Of a DNA stretch of 64,000 nucleotides, positions 60,892-64,000 are shown in pieces. This DNA comes from an uncultured cyanobacterium (lineage in GTDB: Bacteria > Cyanobacteriota > Cyanobacteriia > Cyanobacteriales > Nostocaceae), in contig CAVUDP010000004.1 in the NCBI GenBank assembly GCA_963740315.1, positions 32,001 to 96,000 of the forward strand, given 5' to 3'. The stretch's first letter is position 1; each line of letters starts with the position of its first letter. A model generated the notes under the pieces. That model ran no database searches, had not been told where the DNA came from, and saw only the letters and a list, made by a program, of their open reading frames with translations. The translations under genes were made by a program, and so were the position numbers.

Positions 60892-61656
60892 ATGAAGTTT
60901 ATAGCTATGATTAATCCACGCGAAATATATGATTTGATGTTAGACTATGGCACGAATAATATTCAAGTAAAAGAAATTATCATCGGTTTAACTTGGACTT
61001 TATGTTTAGCAGAAGGTGCGGGTTTATGCATGAGTCCCGGTACGGCTACTCGCACGTTACCTTTTTCGGGAACTTTAGTCAATAAATCAATTTCTGAATT
61101 AGCTCCTTGGTTGCTTTCTTGGAATCCTTATCAAGCGACTGTAGCAATGGCAGCGATTAATTCTGTTATCAATTCTTCTTCACCTTTACCCGATACTGGT
61201 ACGCTTTTATCTCCCGATAGTTCTGCAAATTTAGCAGTATTCGAGCATTTTTTACCCCAAATTCGTAACAAAAATGTTTGCATAATTGGACGCTATCCGG
61301 GATTAAATAAATATTCTGAAGAAATGCAAATGAAGGTGATCGAACTCAATCCCGGCTCGGAAGATTTTCCCGCACCAGCATCAGAATTTTTACTACCCGA
61401 AGCCGAATGGGTATTTTTAACTGCTACTTCTATTGCTAACAAAACTTTCCCTCGCTTAGTTCAATTAGCAAAGAATTCTAAATTAGTTTTAATGGGACCT
61501 ACTCTTCCTTGGTTGCCAGATTTAAAACAAATGGGAATTGATTATTTAGCAGGAATTAAAGTTACTAATTTACCAGCTTTAAGAGAAACAGTTGCCGAAG
61601 GTGGTGGTGTGAGAATCTTTGAAACTGGTATTCAATACAGTGTAGTTGAATTGTGA
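60892..61656 (+). CDS. DUF364 / Rossmann-like domain protein
   Basis: IGLTWT, AMAAINS, IIGRYP, TATSIANKT, LMGPT. Confidence 0.8.
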   Translation: MKFIAMINPREIYDLMLDYGTNNIQVKEIIIGLTWTLCLAEGAGLCMSPGTATRTLPFSGTLVNKSISELAPWLLSWNPYQATVAMAAINSVINSSSPLPDTGTLLSPDSSANLAVFEHFLPQIRNKNVCIIGRYPGLNKYSEEMQMKVIELNPGSEDFPAPASEFLLPEAEWVFLTATSIANKTFPRLVQLAKNSKLVLMGPTLPWLPDLKQMGIDYLAGIKVTNLPALRETVAEGGGVRIFETGIQYSVVEL

Positions 61657-61676
61657 ATTAAAGATTTTAACTATTT

Positions 61677-61770
61677 TAGGACTTACGCAAAGCCCCCCAA
61701 TAATACGGGGGGTTGGGGGGATCTAAAACTCTAGGATGCTTAATAACTCGTTGCGGTTGCGTAAGTCCTA
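61677..61770. mobile_element. 94-bp MITE-like element with perfect terminal inverted repeats
   Basis: TAGGACTTACGCAA...TTGCGTAAGTCCTA; inverted relative of 10391-10484. Confidence 0.85.
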
Positions 61771-61876
61771 TATTCATTCTCTCTGCGTTCTCCCTATCTC
61801 AACATTTTTCAATCAATAGTTTTTGAGCGTAATAGAAATAGCTTATAATTTTTCATATAACGCATCTACTTGAAAT

Positions 61877-62704
61877 ATGAAAACAGACAAAATTTTTTAT
61901 AAACTTTTTGGCGAATTTCCTGATATGTTTTTTGAATTGATTGGAAAACCATCTACCATATCAAATCTATATACATTCAAAAGCCAAGAAATTAAAGAAA
62001 CCAGTTTTCGACTTGACGGTATATTTATCACACTAGATTCATCAGATAAAACTACCAAAGAACCAATTTATTTTGTAGAAGTTCAATGTTACAAAGACAA
62101 ACTCTTTTACGATAGATTCTTAACCAGCATTCTTCTTTATTTCTACCAGTATCAACCATCAAATCCAAATTGGTATGCTGTAGTTATTTTTGATACTCGT
62201 AAAAACGATGTAGATTATCCCCAGCGTCTAAATTCACTGAAAAATCCCCATTTACGCTGCTTTTATCTGGATGAGATGGAAAGCGTATCATCTGATTCAC
62301 TAGGATTGGGAATTATCAAATTAATTGTTGAAGAAAATCAAAAAGCCAAAGCATCAGTACAGCAGCTAGTTGATAAAGCAAGACTTGAAGTTAAAGATGC
62401 AGCTATCCAAAGAAAAGTTTTAGAATTGATAGAGGCTATTCTAGTTAATAAATTTCCTAATTTAAATCGGGAGGAGATAAAAGATATGTTAAGTCTGGAA
62501 TTAATTAAAGGTACGAGATATTACGAAGAGTTGAAAGAAGAAGTCAGGGGAGAAGTTAAGGAAGAAGTCAGGGGAGAAGTTAAGGAAGAAGTCAAAGTAG
62601 GAATGATAACAAAACTTCTACAGCGTGGAATGACTGTGGAAGAAATAGCTGACATTTTAGAGTTAGATGTAAAACTTGTGAGAAAAGTAGTAGAAGAAAA
62701 TTAA
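61877..62704 (+). CDS. Rpn family nuclease/putative transposase (DUF2887-like)
   Basis: MKTDKIFYKLF, FRLDGIF, YFVEVQ; C-terminal EEVRGEVK repeats and EEIADILEL helix. Confidence 0.88.
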   Translation: MKTDKIFYKLFGEFPDMFFELIGKPSTISNLYTFKSQEIKETSFRLDGIFITLDSSDKTTKEPIYFVEVQCYKDKLFYDRFLTSILLYFYQYQPSNPNWYAVVIFDTRKNDVDYPQRLNSLKNPHLRCFYLDEMESVSSDSLGLGIIKLIVEENQKAKASVQQLVDKARLEVKDAAIQRKVLELIEAILVNKFPNLNREEIKDMLSLELIKGTRYYEELKEEVRGEVKEEVRGEVKEEVKVGMITKLLQRGMTVEEIADILELDVKLVRKVVEEN

Positions 62705-62826
62705 ATACGGAAACCCCTGGGTAGTTTTCTATGAAAAAGAGACTTTGCAATTGCAAAGTCTTTTAATATTTAATACGAACACTTCTAAAATATCTGTTCA
62801 TTGATAATTGATAATTGATAACTGTT

Positions 62827-63270
62827 TCACAAAGGATATTTACTATGAAGCTGCTTGCATTCTTCTTTTAATATCCCCGATTTTATTTTTATAGAAGTCG
62901 GACATTTAGCAATAATTTCTTCACACCGCACCTCAATCAAATTGGGGTTGTAATCGTCTTCAAAATCCGAGGCACCCACACCATAAATTATTTCGGAAAT
63001 ACCAGCCCAAAAGCAAGTCGCCGCGCACATTGCACAAGGCTCGCAGGTAGAATACAGCGTGTATCCCGATGATAAAGAAGCGGTTTTTAAACGAGTGGTT
63101 AATTTACGTAAAACGTTAACTTCAGCGTGACAAGTTGGATCTGCATCGGATTCTACAGTGTTTCCGGCTCGTTCGACAATTTTGTTATCTTTGACGATCG
63201 CAGCTCCAAAAGGGGTTTTACTCTTCTCGGCTTCGGCGATCGCGATTTGCATTATTTCTTCATCTGTCAT
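62827..63270 (-). CDS. Nucleoside/nucleobase deaminase
   Basis: PFGAAIV, HAEVN, CEPCAMC zinc motifs. Confidence 0.92.
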   Translation of the reverse strand: MTDEEIMQIAIAEAEKSKTPFGAAIVKDNKIVERAGNTVESDADPTCHAEVNVLRKLTTRLKTASLSSGYTLYSTCEPCAMCAATCFWAGISEIIYGVGASDFEDDYNPNLIEVRCEEIIAKCPTSIKIKSGILKEECKQLHSKYPL

Positions 63271-63437
63271 AATTAGTTGTTAGTTGTTAGCAGTTAACAA
63301 TTATCAGCTATATATAAAGCATTTATTACAAGTTTTTAATTTTATATGAAAGCAAAGCAGGATTTGGGGACAAAATTTCGTTAAATTACGACTATTGAAT
63401 CATACACCCAATTACCAATTACCAATTACTAATTATT

Positions 63438-64000
63438 ATGATAATAGACAGTTTTCGGGCTAAATTACGCAAGGAAGCGCAAATTTGGCGAGATGAGGGA
63501 TTAATACAGGATTCTCAGTACGAACTATTATCCGAAAGATATCAGTTTGATAGTTTAGATAATGTTGCTCAAGACCGCTTTATTTTTATTTTGATTGGTG
63601 TCGGCTGTATACTTGTAGGCTTAGGGGCAATTACTTTTGTCGCAGCTAATTGGCAAGCATGGTCGCGTGAAGTAAAGTTAGTTTTGTTATTAAGTCTATT
63701 CTTTGCAACAAATATTATTGGTTTTTACCTATGGAGAGAACCCGTTTTTGATAATGCGGGAAAGAAACGACGACAGCGTAAGCGAATATTCGGACATGGC
63801 TTACTACTTTTGGGTGCTTTACTTTTAGGCGCAAACATGGCGTTTATGGCGCAGACATTCCATATGAGCGGTTCCGATTATGAACTGTATTTATTCTGGG
63901 GAATCGGCGTTTTGACAATGGCTTATGGCTTGCGCTTGGCTTCTTTGGGGGTGTTTGCGTTTATTTTGATAAGCATAGGATACTTTACGGGTTCGTGGGA
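63438..64000 (+). CDS. DUF2157-like membrane protein, truncated by the right window edge
   Basis: MIIDSFRAKLRKEAQIWRDEGLI...GLGAITFVAANW...; open to the window end. Confidence 0.8.
   Translation, partial: MIIDSFRAKLRKEAQIWRDEGLIQDSQYELLSERYQFDSLDNVAQDRFIFILIGVGCILVGLGAITFVAANWQAWSREVKLVLLLSLFFATNIIGFYLWREPVFDNAGKKRRQRKRIFGHGLLLLGALLLGANMAFMAQTFHMSGSDYELYLFWGIGVLTMAYGLRLASLGVFAFILISIGYFTGSW

Overview
AT-rich chromosomal window from a cyanobacterium, probably a filamentous Nostocales-type strain. This is inferred from frequent HIP1 octamers (GCGATCGC), heptamer STRR tracts, XisH/XisI, a flv4-psiE-like-flv2 operon and DevBCA-type exporters. From left to right: a polysaccharide ABC exporter with two glycosyltransferases; a 1422-aa malectin/beta-propeller protein and a TpsB-type porin; an unusual 10.5-kb operon (cNMP-aldehyde dehydrogenase, NDH-2/cNMP/DevB fusion, two DevC, DevA-GAF, FAAL, ACP); a 326-bp non-autonomous Tn7-like mini-element (TGT..ACA ends, six TnsB-type sites, GTCAC 5-bp duplication) 25 bp past the stop of a GIY-YIG gene; a RAYT transposase abutting an 11 x 63-bp REPIN array, with relatives dispersed through the window; housekeeping genes (msrA, rfbB, pedR-like, PfkB kinase, gluconokinase); and an accessory region with a TA pair, tandem amidases, Rpn-like genes, four disrupted genes and a methyltransferase-endonuclease cassette between perfect 60-bp direct repeats. 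All calls come from reading the sequence and recalled family motifs; no database searches were run.
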